From assembly GCA_018714385.1 (NCBI GenBank), contig DVNL01000008.1, positions 20,730-84,729 of the forward strand: 64,000 bases of DNA, read 5' to 3'. Positions 19,803-29,601 of the stretch are shown piece by piece; within the stretch, counting starts at the first letter, position 1; each line of letters starts with the position of its first letter. Position numbers and translations under genes: made by a program. This DNA is from Candidatus Enterosoma merdigallinarum. Its GTDB lineage: Bacteria > Bacillota_I > Bacilli_A > RFN20 > CAG-288. Under the pieces are notes generated by a model. It worked only from the letters and a program-made list of their open reading frames with translations, had not been told where the DNA came from and did not search any database.

Positions 19803-20420
19803 ATGACAACACGGACGAACGACGGGACGAATGTCGAGGTCAGGGAGAAGGAGGGGTTCTTTCGCGCCTACCTCCATTGCTTCCGCCTCAAGACGAAGGA
19901 CATTGCGGCAAACGCCATCATCGCGGCGCTCTACATCGCCTTGACCTATGCCTTCTACTTCATGTCCTACGGGCAGTTTCAATGCCGGATAAGCGAATTC
20001 CTGACACTTCTCTGCTTCTTCAATCCGAACTACGCCATCGGACTGACCATCGGCTGCGCCTTGTCCAACATCTACTCCATCCAGGCCGGTTTCCTCGGAC
20101 CGATGGACATCCTCTTCGGAAGCCTTGCGACGCTTCTTTCCTGCCTATTGATGCCTCTGACACGGAATCTCTTTGCCGCCAGCCTTCTTCCCGGTCTCTT
20201 CAACGGCTTCATCCTCTCTGCCGAGTTCACCTTCATTCTCGGCCCGACGGACGGATCCGCCTTGTCTGTCTACTACTGGGTCCAATTCGGCTGGATACTC
20301 TTGGGCGAGCTTGTCGCCGTCAGCGTCCTCGGCTATATGCTCTTTATGGCGATGGCAAAGAAAGTCGGTGGTTTCTACAATGTCATCAACGCAAAACTGA
20401 ACACGGAATTCAAATTCTGA
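19803..20420 (+). CDS. queT: queuosine precursor transporter (ECF-type S component)
   Basis: 205-aa polytopic membrane protein with typical QueT family features, in a riboswitch context. Confidence 0.7.
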   Translation: MTTRTNDGTNVEVREKEGFFRAYLHCFRLKTKDIAANAIIAALYIALTYAFYFMSYGQFQCRISEFLTLLCFFNPNYAIGLTIGCALSNIYSIQAGFLGPMDILFGSLATLLSCLLMPLTRNLFAASLLPGLFNGFILSAEFTFILGPTDGSALSVYYWVQFGWILLGELVAVSVLGYMLFMAMAKKVGGFYNVINAKLNTEFKF

Positions 20421-20423
20421 ACT

Positions 20424-20465
20424 AAAAAAGCATCTCCGAAGTTGACAACAGGAGATGCTTTTTTC
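20424..20465. terminator. bidirectional rho-independent terminator
   Basis: AAAAAAGCATCTCC...GGAGATGCTTTTTT between convergent queT and rarA. Confidence 0.7.
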
Positions 20466-20467
20466 TG

Positions 20468-21751
20468 CTATTTCTTTTTGCTTTCTATGGCGATTCTCTT
20501 GGCTTCCTTGATGGATGTCGCCTTCTTCAGGGCACGAAGTTTCTCCCTTTGCTCCATCAAGGCCCTTTCATATTTTCCATTCCCCCATCCATGGAAGAGC
20601 TCCAAGCCTTCCATGCCTTCGGGCAAATAGACGAGATGTGACCAGACTTCGGGATCGGAATAGTCGTATTGCTCCTCCTTCGGCGTGCCGTATGTCTTCA
20701 ACCGCAGATAGCTTCGGACACGGGTAGGCTTTTCGTCGATGAGGGCGCTAGCCTCCTGGACGGCCTGATAGGAGGCCTTCGATTTCGGCGAGAGGGCGAG
20801 ATCGCAGACCGAGAAGGACAGCGGGATCATCGCTTCCGGCATGCCGACCTCCCGGGCCACGAGGCAAGCGTGATAGCACCGGTCGACGGCCTGGGGGTTG
20901 GCCAATCCGACATCTTCGTAGGCAGTGACAAGAAGGCGTCGAATGAGCCCTTCCAAGTCTCCGCCTTTGAGGAGCTTTGCCAGATAATAGACGGCGGCGT
21001 CGACGTCGCTTCCGCGAATCGACTTTTGCAGGGCGGAGACAGTGTCGTAGTGCTCGTCCTCGTCTTTGTCCGTCAGATAGTTCGGGGCGATCGCGACCGA
21101 TCGGACATCTTCGAGCGTGATGCGATGGCTCTTCGAGAAGGAGAGGGCGATCGCCTCCAGCTGATTGTAGGCGAAACGAAGATCCCCGGAGGACATGGCG
21201 GCCAGGTGCTCGAGGCCGTCTTTGTCGAATTCCCGCTGACCGGAGAGTCCTTTCTTGCTTTCCAAGGCTCTTTCCAAGCCAGTCAGAATGTCTTCTTTGG
21301 ACAGAGGCATCGACTCAAGAAGCCGTGTCCGGGAACGGATCGCGGGATTGAGGGAGATGAGGGGATTGGCCGTCGTGCAGCCGATGAGGTAGAAGTCGCC
21401 GTTTTCGAGATGGGGCAGAAGAAGATCCTGCTTCCCCTTGTCGAGACGGTGGATTTCGTCGATGATGACGATGGCCGGGTTGAACCGTATCGCTTCCTGG
21501 AAGGCGGCCTCCATCCGGCTCTTGTTGTCCAACACCGCATTGAGTTTCACCGAATAGGCATCGAAAGAGTTGGCGAAAGCTTGGGCGAGGGTGGTCTTGC
21601 CCGTTCCCGGCGGGCCATAGAAGATCATGGATACCAAGGCCCGATTCTCCAGGAGATTGTTCAGGAAGGCCTTTATCTTTTCCTGCCCGAGAACCTCCTC
21701 AATCTTTTCGGGACGCATGCGGAAGGCTAGGGGCTTATCGATCATTTCCAA
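20468..21751 (-). CDS. rarA: replication-associated recombination protein A (AAA+ ATPase)
   Basis: GPPGTGKTT Walker A, IIDEIHR Walker B, and the MgsA C-terminal domain. Confidence 0.9.
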   Translation of the reverse strand: MEMIDKPLAFRMRPEKIEEVLGQEKIKAFLNNLLENRALVSMIFYGPPGTGKTTLAQAFANSFDAYSVKLNAVLDNKSRMEAAFQEAIRFNPAIVIIDEIHRLDKGKQDLLLPHLENGDFYLIGCTTANPLISLNPAIRSRTRLLESMPLSKEDILTGLERALESKKGLSGQREFDKDGLEHLAAMSSGDLRFAYNQLEAIALSFSKSHRITLEDVRSVAIAPNYLTDKDEDEHYDTVSALQKSIRGSDVDAAVYYLAKLLKGGDLEGLIRRLLVTAYEDVGLANPQAVDRCYHACLVAREVGMPEAMIPLSFSVCDLALSPKSKASYQAVQEASALIDEKPTRVRSYLRLKTYGTPKEEQYDYSDPEVWSHLVYLPEGMEGLELFHGWGNGKYERALMEQREKLRALKKATSIKEAKRIAIESKKK

Positions 21752-22556
21752 TCTCCTCGATGGCGATTTCGAAGATTCGACGCATTGTCTTTTCGCTCTT
21801 CTTCGCCGTCTCTATGACTTCCTCGTCGGTGATTTTCCCTTCCTTCATGCCGCAGGCATAGTTGGTGATGAGGGAGAGGGCGACATTGCGGATGCCCATG
21901 TGACGAGAGGCGAGGGCTTCGATCGCCGTGGACATACCGACGGCATCGGCTCCCAGCGTCTTTGCCATGCGAATCTCGGCGCGTGTCTCGAATTGTGGAC
22001 CGGGGAATTGCAAGAAAACGCCTCGACGGGCCGGGATGGCCTCCTTTTCCGCTCTGGCCTCGATCTTCTTTGCCAGGACAGGATCATAGACATCGGACAT
22101 GTCTGGAAAACGAGGCCCAAGTTCCTCTTCGTTTTTCCCCCGCAACGGGGAAGGGACAAAACAGGCGATATGGTCCTCGACGATCATCACCTCGCCTGGC
22201 GCAAAGCTGATGCCGCCGACGGCATTGGTCAAAAGCAGGGTCTTGATCCCGAGCAAGCCGAGAAGCCGTTCGGGAAGGGTACATTCCTCCGGGGAATAGC
22301 CTTCGAAGTAATGAAGCCTTCCGTCCATGACGACGCAGGGCATGCCGCCGATCCTGCCGAAGAGATAGCGGCCGCGATGGTTCTTGTTGGTGCAGACAGG
22401 ATGACCGGGGATGTCCCGATATTCCAAAATCGTCTCGACGGTCACGTAATCTTGGAGATAGGAGAGACCAGAGCCTAGAACGATGCCTAGAAGAGGCGCC
22501 TTATCCCATAGCCCTTTGATGAAGTCCCGCATCGCAAGAAGATTTTGGTAATCCAT
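21735..22556 (-). CDS. punA: purine nucleoside phosphorylase (PNP/MTAP family I)
   Basis: GIVLGSGL phosphate loop, LLLTNAVGG, and the ETRAE / MSTAIEA motifs. Confidence 0.9.
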   Translation of the reverse strand: MDYQNLLAMRDFIKGLWDKAPLLGIVLGSGLSYLQDYVTVETILEYRDIPGHPVCTNKNHRGRYLFGRIGGMPCVVMDGRLHYFEGYSPEECTLPERLLGLLGIKTLLLTNAVGGISFAPGEVMIVEDHIACFVPSPLRGKNEEELGPRFPDMSDVYDPVLAKKIEARAEKEAIPARRGVFLQFPGPQFETRAEIRMAKTLGADAVGMSTAIEALASRHMGIRNVALSLITNYACGMKEGKITDEEVIETAKKSEKTMRRIFEIAIEEIGNDR

Positions 22557-22625
22557 GTCGTTTTTCCTCTAGAATATTCTACTCTATCGAAGCGATTTTT
22601 GCTTGCCATGGGGTATAATGTTTTT

Positions 22626-23081
22626 ATGCGTCTTTTGATTCAAGAATGCCTTCGCGGCAGTGTCACCGTCGATGGTGAGGTCGTCTCCCGAATCGGGCGA
22701 GGCGAAGTCGTTTTTGTCGGCTTCACAATCGGCGACGATGAGAAAATCATCGACAAAATGATCGACAAGCTCCTAAAGCTTCGTATATTTGCGGACAAGG
22801 AAGGGAAGACGAACCTGCCTTTTTCGGAAATCGATGGGGAGATGCTTCTCGTCAGTCAATTTACTCTTTATGCTGATTTGACAGGCGGAAACCGTCCTTC
22901 TTTCGTCAAGGCTCTGCCTTCCAAAGAATCGCAGCCGCTCTTCGAGAAATTCCTCGTCAAGATGGAGGAAAGGCTGCCAGGGCGTTGCCACAAAGGAATT
23001 TTCGGAGCCGATATGAAGGTGGAACTTGTCAATGACGGTCCGTTCACCATTCTTTTGGACAGCAAGGAGCTTTGGGGATGA
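22626..23081 (+). CDS. dtd: D-aminoacyl-tRNA deacylase
   Basis: MRLLIQE start and the SQFTL...GNRP motif. Confidence 0.85.
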   Translation: MRLLIQECLRGSVTVDGEVVSRIGRGEVVFVGFTIGDDEKIIDKMIDKLLKLRIFADKEGKTNLPFSEIDGEMLLVSQFTLYADLTGGNRPSFVKALPSKESQPLFEKFLVKMEERLPGRCHKGIFGADMKVELVNDGPFTILLDSKELWG

Positions 23082-24217
23082 AGAAACGCGTCTTGCTCGG
23101 TCTGTCCGGAGGCGTGGATTCCGCTGTTGCCGCCTATATGCTTCTCCTCCAAGGATATGATGTCACCGGATGCTTCATGCGGAATTGGGATTCCATCGCG
23201 AACAACGACATTCTCGGAAATCCGACCCTCTCTGGCACCAAGTGCTCCCAGGAGCTCGACTACGACGATGCCGCGGCGACGGCCTTCGAGCTTTCGATTC
23301 CCATCCTCCGCAAAGATTTCGTCGACGAATACTGGAAGGACGTCTTCCAATATTTCCTGGACACGTACCGCAAGGGCTATACGCCTGACGCGGATGTTTT
23401 CTGCAACAAGTATATCAAGTTCGGATCCTTCCTCGATTTCGCCAAGAAATCCGGCTTCGACATGATCGCGATGGGCCACTATGCCAAAAGGATCGACGAA
23501 AACGGGGAAAGCCACCTCTATAAGGCTTTCGACAAGAACAAGGATCAGTCCTATTTTCTGGGACAGATCAGCACGGAGCAGCTCTCCTGCTGTCTTTTCC
23601 CCCTGGAATCCATGACCAAGCAGGAGGTCCGTCAGAAGGCGGAGATGCTCAATCTCACCGTGGCAAAGAAGAAGGACTCCACGGGAGTGTGCTTCATCGG
23701 AGAGAGAAACTTCAAGGAATTCCTCGCCAACTATCTCCCGGCCAAACCCGGTCCCATCGTCGACATCGCCACGGGAAACCGCATCGCGACGCACGACGGC
23801 GTGCTCTATTACACCGTCGGGCAGCACAAAGGACTGAACATCGGCGGCTTGAAGGGATACAAGGCATTGCCTTTCTTTGTCGTCGGAAAGGATGTCGGAA
23901 GGAACATCCTCTATGTCGCTCAGGAAGACGAAAACGAATACCGTTTTTCCTATGGCTGCCTGCTTTCCAACTTCAACTGGATCGGAAGCGACCTTCCCGA
24001 AGGTCCCCTGTCCTGCAATTGCAAGTTCCGCTATCGCGGAAAGGACATGCCCGTCCGGCTTGAGATTCTCAAGGGCGGAGAGGCCAGACTGTCCTATCCG
24101 CGCTATTCCTATGTCGCCAAAGGCCAGATCGCCTGTCTCTACCTCGGGGAGAGGCTCCTTGCCAGCGGCATCATCGAGAAGACATACGATGTCGATGGGG
24201 AGGAGATTCCCTATTGA
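23072..24217 (+). CDS. mnmA: tRNA-specific 2-thiouridylase
   Basis: PP-loop SGGVDS and MnmA central and C-terminal domains. Confidence 0.9.
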   Translation: MGMKKRVLLGLSGGVDSAVAAYMLLLQGYDVTGCFMRNWDSIANNDILGNPTLSGTKCSQELDYDDAAATAFELSIPILRKDFVDEYWKDVFQYFLDTYRKGYTPDADVFCNKYIKFGSFLDFAKKSGFDMIAMGHYAKRIDENGESHLYKAFDKNKDQSYFLGQISTEQLSCCLFPLESMTKQEVRQKAEMLNLTVAKKKDSTGVCFIGERNFKEFLANYLPAKPGPIVDIATGNRIATHDGVLYYTVGQHKGLNIGGLKGYKALPFFVVGKDVGRNILYVAQEDENEYRFSYGCLLSNFNWIGSDLPEGPLSCNCKFRYRGKDMPVRLEILKGGEARLSYPRYSYVAKGQIACLYLGERLLASGIIEKTYDVDGEEIPY

Positions 24218-24295
24218 CGGAGGAAACACTTGCAAAGAGTGTCCACTTTCGATAGAATCTTATTCGGCACTTTTCAGAAAAAGAGGTGATTTCAT

Positions 24296-24466
24296 TTGCC
24301 AAGAACAGCTGTCAGGGACGGCGAGACTCTCGACGACGCGATGAAGAGATTCAAGCGTCAGGTCAACAAAGCCGGAACCATCGCGGACTACCGCAAGCAT
24401 GACTTCTTCCTCAAGAAGGGTCTCAAGCGGAAGCTGAAGAGCGAGAACGCAAGAAGGAAGCACTGA
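24296..24466 (+). CDS. rpsU: 30S ribosomal protein S21
   Basis: TTG start 7 nt after AAGAGGTGA. The 56-aa product LPRTAVRDGETLDDAMKRFKRQVNKAGTIADYRKHDFFLKKGLKRKLKSENARRKH matches the S21 family. It is not in the ORF track because it is under 60 aa. Confidence 0.8.
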   Translation: MPRTAVRDGETLDDAMKRFKRQVNKAGTIADYRKHDFFLKKGLKRKLKSENARRKH

Positions 24467-24476
24467 TCGCTTCCAT

Positions 24477-24517
24477 GAAAAAACGTCATCCCGCCTGGCG
24501 AGGTGACGTTTTTTTGT
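24477..24517. terminator. bidirectional terminator
   Basis: AAAAAACGTCAC...GTGACGTTTTTTT. Confidence 0.6.
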
Positions 24518-24524
24518 GCTGTTT

Positions 24525-25574
24525 TCATTCGGAGAGGACGATGTCGAAGCTTTCGTCGATGAATTCATAGACCGTCGTGAAGTAGGTGACGGGATCGCGC
24601 AGGTAGCTTTCGGCGTGTCCGGCACCCTTGACGACGAGCTTTTCCTTCCGTCCCTCCGTCTTGGCGGCGTAGAGGGTGTCGAGCATCTCGAAGGGGACGA
24701 AGGTGTCCTTGTCGCCGTGGATGAAGAGCATGGGGAGCGTGGAACGGGAGAGGGCCTCGAGGCTGTTTGCCTCCTTGAAGCCGTAGCCGGCCTGGAGCGA
24801 GCTTAGGGCGTTTGCGGTGTAGAGGAAGGGGAAGGGAGGAAGGCCGAAGAGGAAGTCCAGCTCGTGCTCGAAGATGTCCCAGACGGAAGTATAGCCGCAA
24901 TCTTCGACGAAGCATTTGACCGAGGCGGGAAGCTCCAGTCCGGAAGTCATCATGGTCGTCGCCCCGCCCATGCTGACGCCAGTGATGAGGATGTTGGCCG
25001 ACGGATCCCTTTCGTCGATGAGATCGATCCAGCCGAGGATGTCCTTGGAGTCGAGATAGCCCATGCCGATGTACTCGCCTTCGCTCTCGCCGCACGCCCG
25101 CATGTCGGGAAGAAGGCAGTTGAAGTTCATCTTGTCGCAATAGACGTAGGCGAGGTCGTTGTTGGAGGAGGAGACGGAGCGGTATCCGTGGATGAGGATG
25201 GCATAGTTGTGGCTTTCCGCCTGGGCATGGTAGAGGGTGCCCTTCAGGGAAAGGCCTTCCTGAGACTCGATGGCGACGCTTTCGCTCTCGACTTCCTCAA
25301 GCCAGGCATTCGTCGCCTCGCGGAAGCTTTCCCTGTTGGAAGCGACGATCCTGTCGTCCTCCGTCTCCGCATTGCCGGCGGAGGGATCCAGATTGGTGGA
25401 GAAGTCGTCCTGTCTCTTGAGGGCGAACTGGAGCAGGTATTCGCCGACTCCGAAGCTTGCCGCGACGAGGACGATGAAGAGGGATAGCACGGCGATCACG
25501 GCGATGCGAACACGTCTCAGGCGGGCTTTCTTCTTGTCGAGCCCCTTTGTCAGTATTTTCAGTTTTCTGTTCAT
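24525..25574 (-). CDS. membrane-anchored alpha/beta hydrolase (S9/BD-FAE-like)
   Basis: N-terminal TM, the GVSMGG nucleophile elbow, and an HG...D/H catalytic triad region. Confidence 0.7.
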   Translation of the reverse strand: MNRKLKILTKGLDKKKARLRRVRIAVIAVLSLFIVLVAASFGVGEYLLQFALKRQDDFSTNLDPSAGNAETEDDRIVASNRESFREATNAWLEEVESESVAIESQEGLSLKGTLYHAQAESHNYAILIHGYRSVSSSNNDLAYVYCDKMNFNCLLPDMRACGESEGEYIGMGYLDSKDILGWIDLIDERDPSANILITGVSMGGATTMMTSGLELPASVKCFVEDCGYTSVWDIFEHELDFLFGLPPFPFLYTANALSSLQAGYGFKEANSLEALSRSTLPMLFIHGDKDTFVPFEMLDTLYAAKTEGRKEKLVVKGAGHAESYLRDPVTYFTTVYEFIDESFDIVLSE

Positions 25575-25672
25575 TTTCTCTTACCTCGCGAGGATTATCT
25601 TAGTTTACGTCCGAGAAGAGAGAAATGTTAAGGGATCGCGGAAAAGAGAGAATGAAAGCGCAACCGAATCGG

Positions 25673-26737
25673 CTAGAATTCGATGCCGTCCTCCGAAAGA
25701 TCGATGTTCGTCAAGGACGAGGCCTCGAGATTGAGAGAGATCAGGGATTCATAGGTCGCTTTCGTCCCGGCCTTCGCTTTCAGAAGGAAGCCCGACCCGG
25801 AGGCGTTGGCGGCCTTGTATTTGCGGATGAAGCCGTTGAAGCTCTTGGTCGTCTCCTGATAGATTTCCGTGTACGTCGTGTAGGCATGATAGCTGTAGGT
25901 CAAGAGCTTTTTGAACTCGGCGAGGTCGAACTTCTTGCTCCCGGCCTGGCTGGGGATAGAGACCAGATAGGCCTTCACCTGCTTTTTCATCTCCGCAAGC
26001 AGGTTGGCGCTGCCGGAGTAGGACTGCCCGAGGTATTTGTACTTCTGGCTGTGGATCCCTTGGGTCTGGATGGGCTCGAAAAGGTCGTCGTAGGCCGTTC
26101 CGGAATCCCGATATTCCACCTGGATCTCGGGAGTGAGCTTCTGGGCCTTGTCGCCGACGGTGCCGATGCTATAGACTTCGTCGACGACCGTGACGGGAAT
26201 GCCCTTTCCGGGATCGAAGACAGGCGTTGCCTGGATCGCGGCATTCTTCAATAGCTTTCTCCGGTAGTCCAGAGTCAAAGAGGCGGAGATGTCCGGATTG
26301 CTTTCCGCAGCCATCGTGAAGAGGATCTGGTGGCCGAAAGCCTTCTTGCACTCGAAGGTGATCCGGGAGGCGGAGGAATCAAGCTCGTAAGTCATGTAGT
26401 CCTCAAGCGTCTTGCCGTTAGACCAGTCTGCGCTTTCCTTCCCGGCCTCGGGGGCACTGTTCCATTCTAACTTGCAATTGAAGTTTTCGTCTTTCGCCGA
26501 TGCCGGTTCGAGCGTATAGAGGATTTCTTTTCTCACTGTTCCGTCTTTTCCTTCTGTCTCCAGGACGGATTGGAAGCGGATGTTGTCTATCGGCCTGACG
26601 TTCAGCGTGTCCGAAATGCCTTCTTGGCCGAATGAGAAGTCCGTGAATCCCTTCGTCAGGGTGGCAAAACCACCCAAGACGGTGAGGGAGAGGCAGAAAG
26701 AGGCCAATCCCACGGTCAGCTTGCTTCTTTTTGTCAT
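25673..26737 (-). CDS. secreted/membrane-anchored hypothetical protein
   Basis: AAGGAGAGCAC SD before the internal Met. Signal-anchor sequence, no recognisable domain. Confidence 0.55.
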   Translation of the reverse strand: MTKRSKLTVGLASFCLSLTVLGGFATLTKGFTDFSFGQEGISDTLNVRPIDNIRFQSVLETEGKDGTVRKEILYTLEPASAKDENFNCKLEWNSAPEAGKESADWSNGKTLEDYMTYELDSSASRITFECKKAFGHQILFTMAAESNPDISASLTLDYRRKLLKNAAIQATPVFDPGKGIPVTVVDEVYSIGTVGDKAQKLTPEIQVEYRDSGTAYDDLFEPIQTQGIHSQKYKYLGQSYSGSANLLAEMKKQVKAYLVSIPSQAGSKKFDLAEFKKLLTYSYHAYTTYTEIYQETTKSFNGFIRKYKAANASGSGFLLKAKAGTKATYESLISLNLEASSLTNIDLSEDGIEF

Positions 26738-26844
26738 GTGCTCTCCTTTCCAAGCATGTTCAACCAGTCTTGGGAGGAAAGCGGACAAAAAGAAAGCGGA
26801 CAGCAAAAAAGGAGGGCGTCAGAGCCCTCCTTTGGAAGAACGGT

Positions 26845-28821
26845 TCAGCGGGTCTCAAGGATAGCCAGGAGCTTTTCGGCCACCTTCTCGGGGGTGAAGC
26901 CGAAATCCTCAAGAAGGGTAGAGAGGCTTCCGGACTTTCCGTACGTGTCGATGGAGAGGACGTGGGCGGCATATTTGTAGAGCATGTCGCCTTTGCCCAT
27001 CTCGATATAGACGCGACGGCCGTAGTCCTTTCCGAGGACGTCGTCCTGATAGCTCTTATCCTGCCTGTCGAAGAGGCTCGTGCAGGGCATGGAGACGACG
27101 CGGCAATCGATGCCTTTCTCCAAGAGAAGCTTGCGGGTCTCGACGGCGAGGGGGACTTCGCTTCCGGAGGCGACGAGGACCAGATCCGGCTGGCTCTTTT
27201 CTTCCTTTTCCAGGACGTAAGCGCCTTTTCCGACGGCATCGAAGGAGGAAAGCCTTTCGAGAGGGAGGGCCTGGCGGGAGAGGATGATGGCGGAGGGGTT
27301 CGCGGTGTTGGCGAAGGCAAGGCGATAGCTTGCGGCACATTCACGGCTGTCGCAAGGTCGATAGACGTCGACGCCCGGGATGGTGCGGAGCATGGTCAGT
27401 TGCTCGATAGGCTCGTGGGTCGGGCCGTCCTCGCCGACGGCGATGGAGTCGTGGCTGAAAAGGTAGACAAGAGGCAATCTTTCCAGGGCGGACATGCGGA
27501 TGGCCGACTTCATGTAGTCGGCGAAGACGAGGAAGGATCCGACATAGGTCCTCAGGCCGCCATGAAGAAGGATGCCGTTTGCGATGGAGGCCATGGCGAA
27601 TTCGCGGATGCCGAAGCGGATGTTCTTTCCCTCGGGATGTTCCGGCGTCATGTCCTGGAGGCCGGGGATGCGGGTCTTCACCGAGTCGGCGACGTCGGCC
27701 GAACCGCCGACGAGAACGGGGATGGACTGATAGAGGAGCTCCAGAAGGCTCTGGGAGGTGTCCCTGGAGGCTTCCTTGAATCCCTCGGGATAGACGGGAG
27801 CGGCCTTGAAGAGGTCGTGGGAGACATCGCTATGGAGATATTTCTCGTACTGCAGATAGCTTTCCGGATGGTCCTTGCGATAGAGGGCAAGGCCGCTCTT
27901 GTAGGCGGCAAGCCTCTTCTCGCCCCTTTCGGCGAAGGTCTCGCGGAAGATATCGTAGACTTCCTGCGGGATCTCGAACTCGCCATAGGGATAGCCGAGG
28001 TTCTTCTTCGTCTGGAGGACTTCCTCGGGGCTGAAGGCCTTGCCATGGCTCTTGTGGGATCCAGCATAGGGGGATCCGTAGCCAATCACCGTGTGGCAGA
28101 CGATGAGGGTCGGCTTGCTCTTGGCATTCTTGGCAAGGGCGATAGCCTTGCTGATGCTTTCGACGTCGTTTCCGTCCTTTACGTCAAGGACGTTCCAACC
28201 GGCGGCTTCAAAGCGAAGAGAGACATTCTCGACGGAGGAATCGGAGAGGGGACCGTCGAGGGTGCAATCGTTCCGGTCGTAGAGGACGATGAGCCGATTC
28301 AGCTTCTGGATTCCGGCAAAGGAGATGGCTTCCTGGCTGATGCCTTCCTCCAAACAGCCGTCGCCGACAAGACAATAGGTGTAGTGGTCGAAGAGCCTAT
28401 CGCCTTCCGGGTAGAGGGCACGGAGATGCCTTTCGGCCAAGGCGAGACCCGTCGCCTGGGCGATGCCTTGCCCCAGAGGGCCGGCCGTGCAGTCGATGCC
28501 GGCGGTATGGCCGAATTCGGGATGCCCCGGCGTGAGGGAGTCGATCTTTCTAAAGGCCTTGAGCTGATCCATCGGGATGGGATAGCCGGCGAGATGGAGG
28601 AGGGCATAGAGAAGGGCGGAAGCATGTCCGGCGGAAAGGACGAAGCGGTCCCTGTCGATCCAGCTGGAATCGCTGGGGGCGGCATTGAGATGGTCTTTGT
28701 AGAGGGCATAAAGCAATGGCGCGGCAGAAAGGGCAATGCCGGGATGACCGCTCTTGGCATGGCAGATCATGTCCAGCGAGAGCGCTCGCAATGCGTTGAC
28801 GGCTAATGTGTCTTTGTTCAT
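26845..28821 (-). CDS. tkt: transketolase
   Basis: GHPG, GDGC...EG TPP-binding motifs, full length 658 aa. Confidence 0.9.
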   Translation of the reverse strand: MNKDTLAVNALRALSLDMICHAKSGHPGIALSAAPLLYALYKDHLNAAPSDSSWIDRDRFVLSAGHASALLYALLHLAGYPIPMDQLKAFRKIDSLTPGHPEFGHTAGIDCTAGPLGQGIAQATGLALAERHLRALYPEGDRLFDHYTYCLVGDGCLEEGISQEAISFAGIQKLNRLIVLYDRNDCTLDGPLSDSSVENVSLRFEAAGWNVLDVKDGNDVESISKAIALAKNAKSKPTLIVCHTVIGYGSPYAGSHKSHGKAFSPEEVLQTKKNLGYPYGEFEIPQEVYDIFRETFAERGEKRLAAYKSGLALYRKDHPESYLQYEKYLHSDVSHDLFKAAPVYPEGFKEASRDTSQSLLELLYQSIPVLVGGSADVADSVKTRIPGLQDMTPEHPEGKNIRFGIREFAMASIANGILLHGGLRTYVGSFLVFADYMKSAIRMSALERLPLVYLFSHDSIAVGEDGPTHEPIEQLTMLRTIPGVDVYRPCDSRECAASYRLAFANTANPSAIILSRQALPLERLSSFDAVGKGAYVLEKEEKSQPDLVLVASGSEVPLAVETRKLLLEKGIDCRVVSMPCTSLFDRQDKSYQDDVLGKDYGRRVYIEMGKGDMLYKYAAHVLSIDTYGKSGSLSTLLEDFGFTPEKVAEKLLAILETR

Positions 28822-28864
28822 AAGACCTCCAATATGTTCACGGGTATTCTATCATAAAAGCCAT

Positions 28865-28896
28865 GAAAAAAGGCGGAAGCCAAAGGCTTCCGCCTT
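28865..28896 (-). terminator. rho-independent terminator (minus strand)
   Basis: GGCGGAAGCC-aaa-GGCTTCCGCC with a T-run on the minus strand, downstream of trmL. Confidence 0.6.
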
Positions 28897-29073
28897 TCCC
28901 TAAGGACGAGGGACATTTTCCCTTGATTTAAGTTGTTAAGGACCGCAACGGGCGTTTGGGATTCCTATTCGAGGATAGGCTTTCGACGCTGCGCCGGCAT
29001 ATAGGCCCAAGAGACATGTGTGTCGGAAAGCCGCTTGTGTCCTAGGTTCTTTAAGTATAGAGAAGCCTTGTCT

Positions 29074-29601
29074 TCAATGCAAGATGGCTTCCTCGCCCTT
29101 GATCGTCTCTTGCAATGCGAGTCCGGGGTATCCCTGCTGTCTGTTGACTTCTCCCGCCACGATGCTGACAGAGTCGGAAAGATTGAGGCTTCTGGCATTG
29201 ATGGCCATGGGGATGCGCATGGTTCTCGATATGTTCCTTTCCAGCAATTCCCTCGGAAGACCTGAAGATTCCTTTCCGAACATATAGAACTGGTCCGCCG
29301 TCGAATCGGACAGGTCGAAGTCGGAATAGATGTTCGGCGAATATCGGGTGACGAAGTAGGAAAGGTAGTGGACATGCTTTGCGAGAAAGGCCTCCAAGGA
29401 GGGATACCTTTCGATGGGAAAGCCTTTTGCATAGTCCATCCCCGCCCTCTTCAGGCTCTTGTCGTCGAGCTGAAAAGAAGTCGGGCCGATGATCGTTAGC
29501 GAAAAATCCATCGCCATGCAAAGCCGGATGATGTTCCCCGTGTTACCGGGCTTCTCCGGCTGGAAGAGGACGATCTTTCTCACCGGGTGAAGGGGGCGCA
29601 C
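29074..29601 (-). CDS. trmL: tRNA (cytidine/uridine-2'-O)-methyltransferase, SpoU family
   Basis: Has the PEKPGNTGNIIR motif and a SPOUT knot region with the MFGKESSGLP motif. The true start may be the internal GTG (29583). Confidence 0.75.
   Translation of the reverse strand: MRPLHPVRKIVLFQPEKPGNTGNIIRLCMAMDFSLTIIGPTSFQLDDKSLKRAGMDYAKGFPIERYPSLEAFLAKHVHYLSYFVTRYSPNIYSDFDLSDSTADQFYMFGKESSGLPRELLERNISRTMRIPMAINARSLNLSDSVSIVAGEVNRQQGYPGLALQETIKGEEAILH

Noticed and set aside
26731-28806. 691-aa plus-strand ORF
   Set aside because: It is antisense to transketolase.
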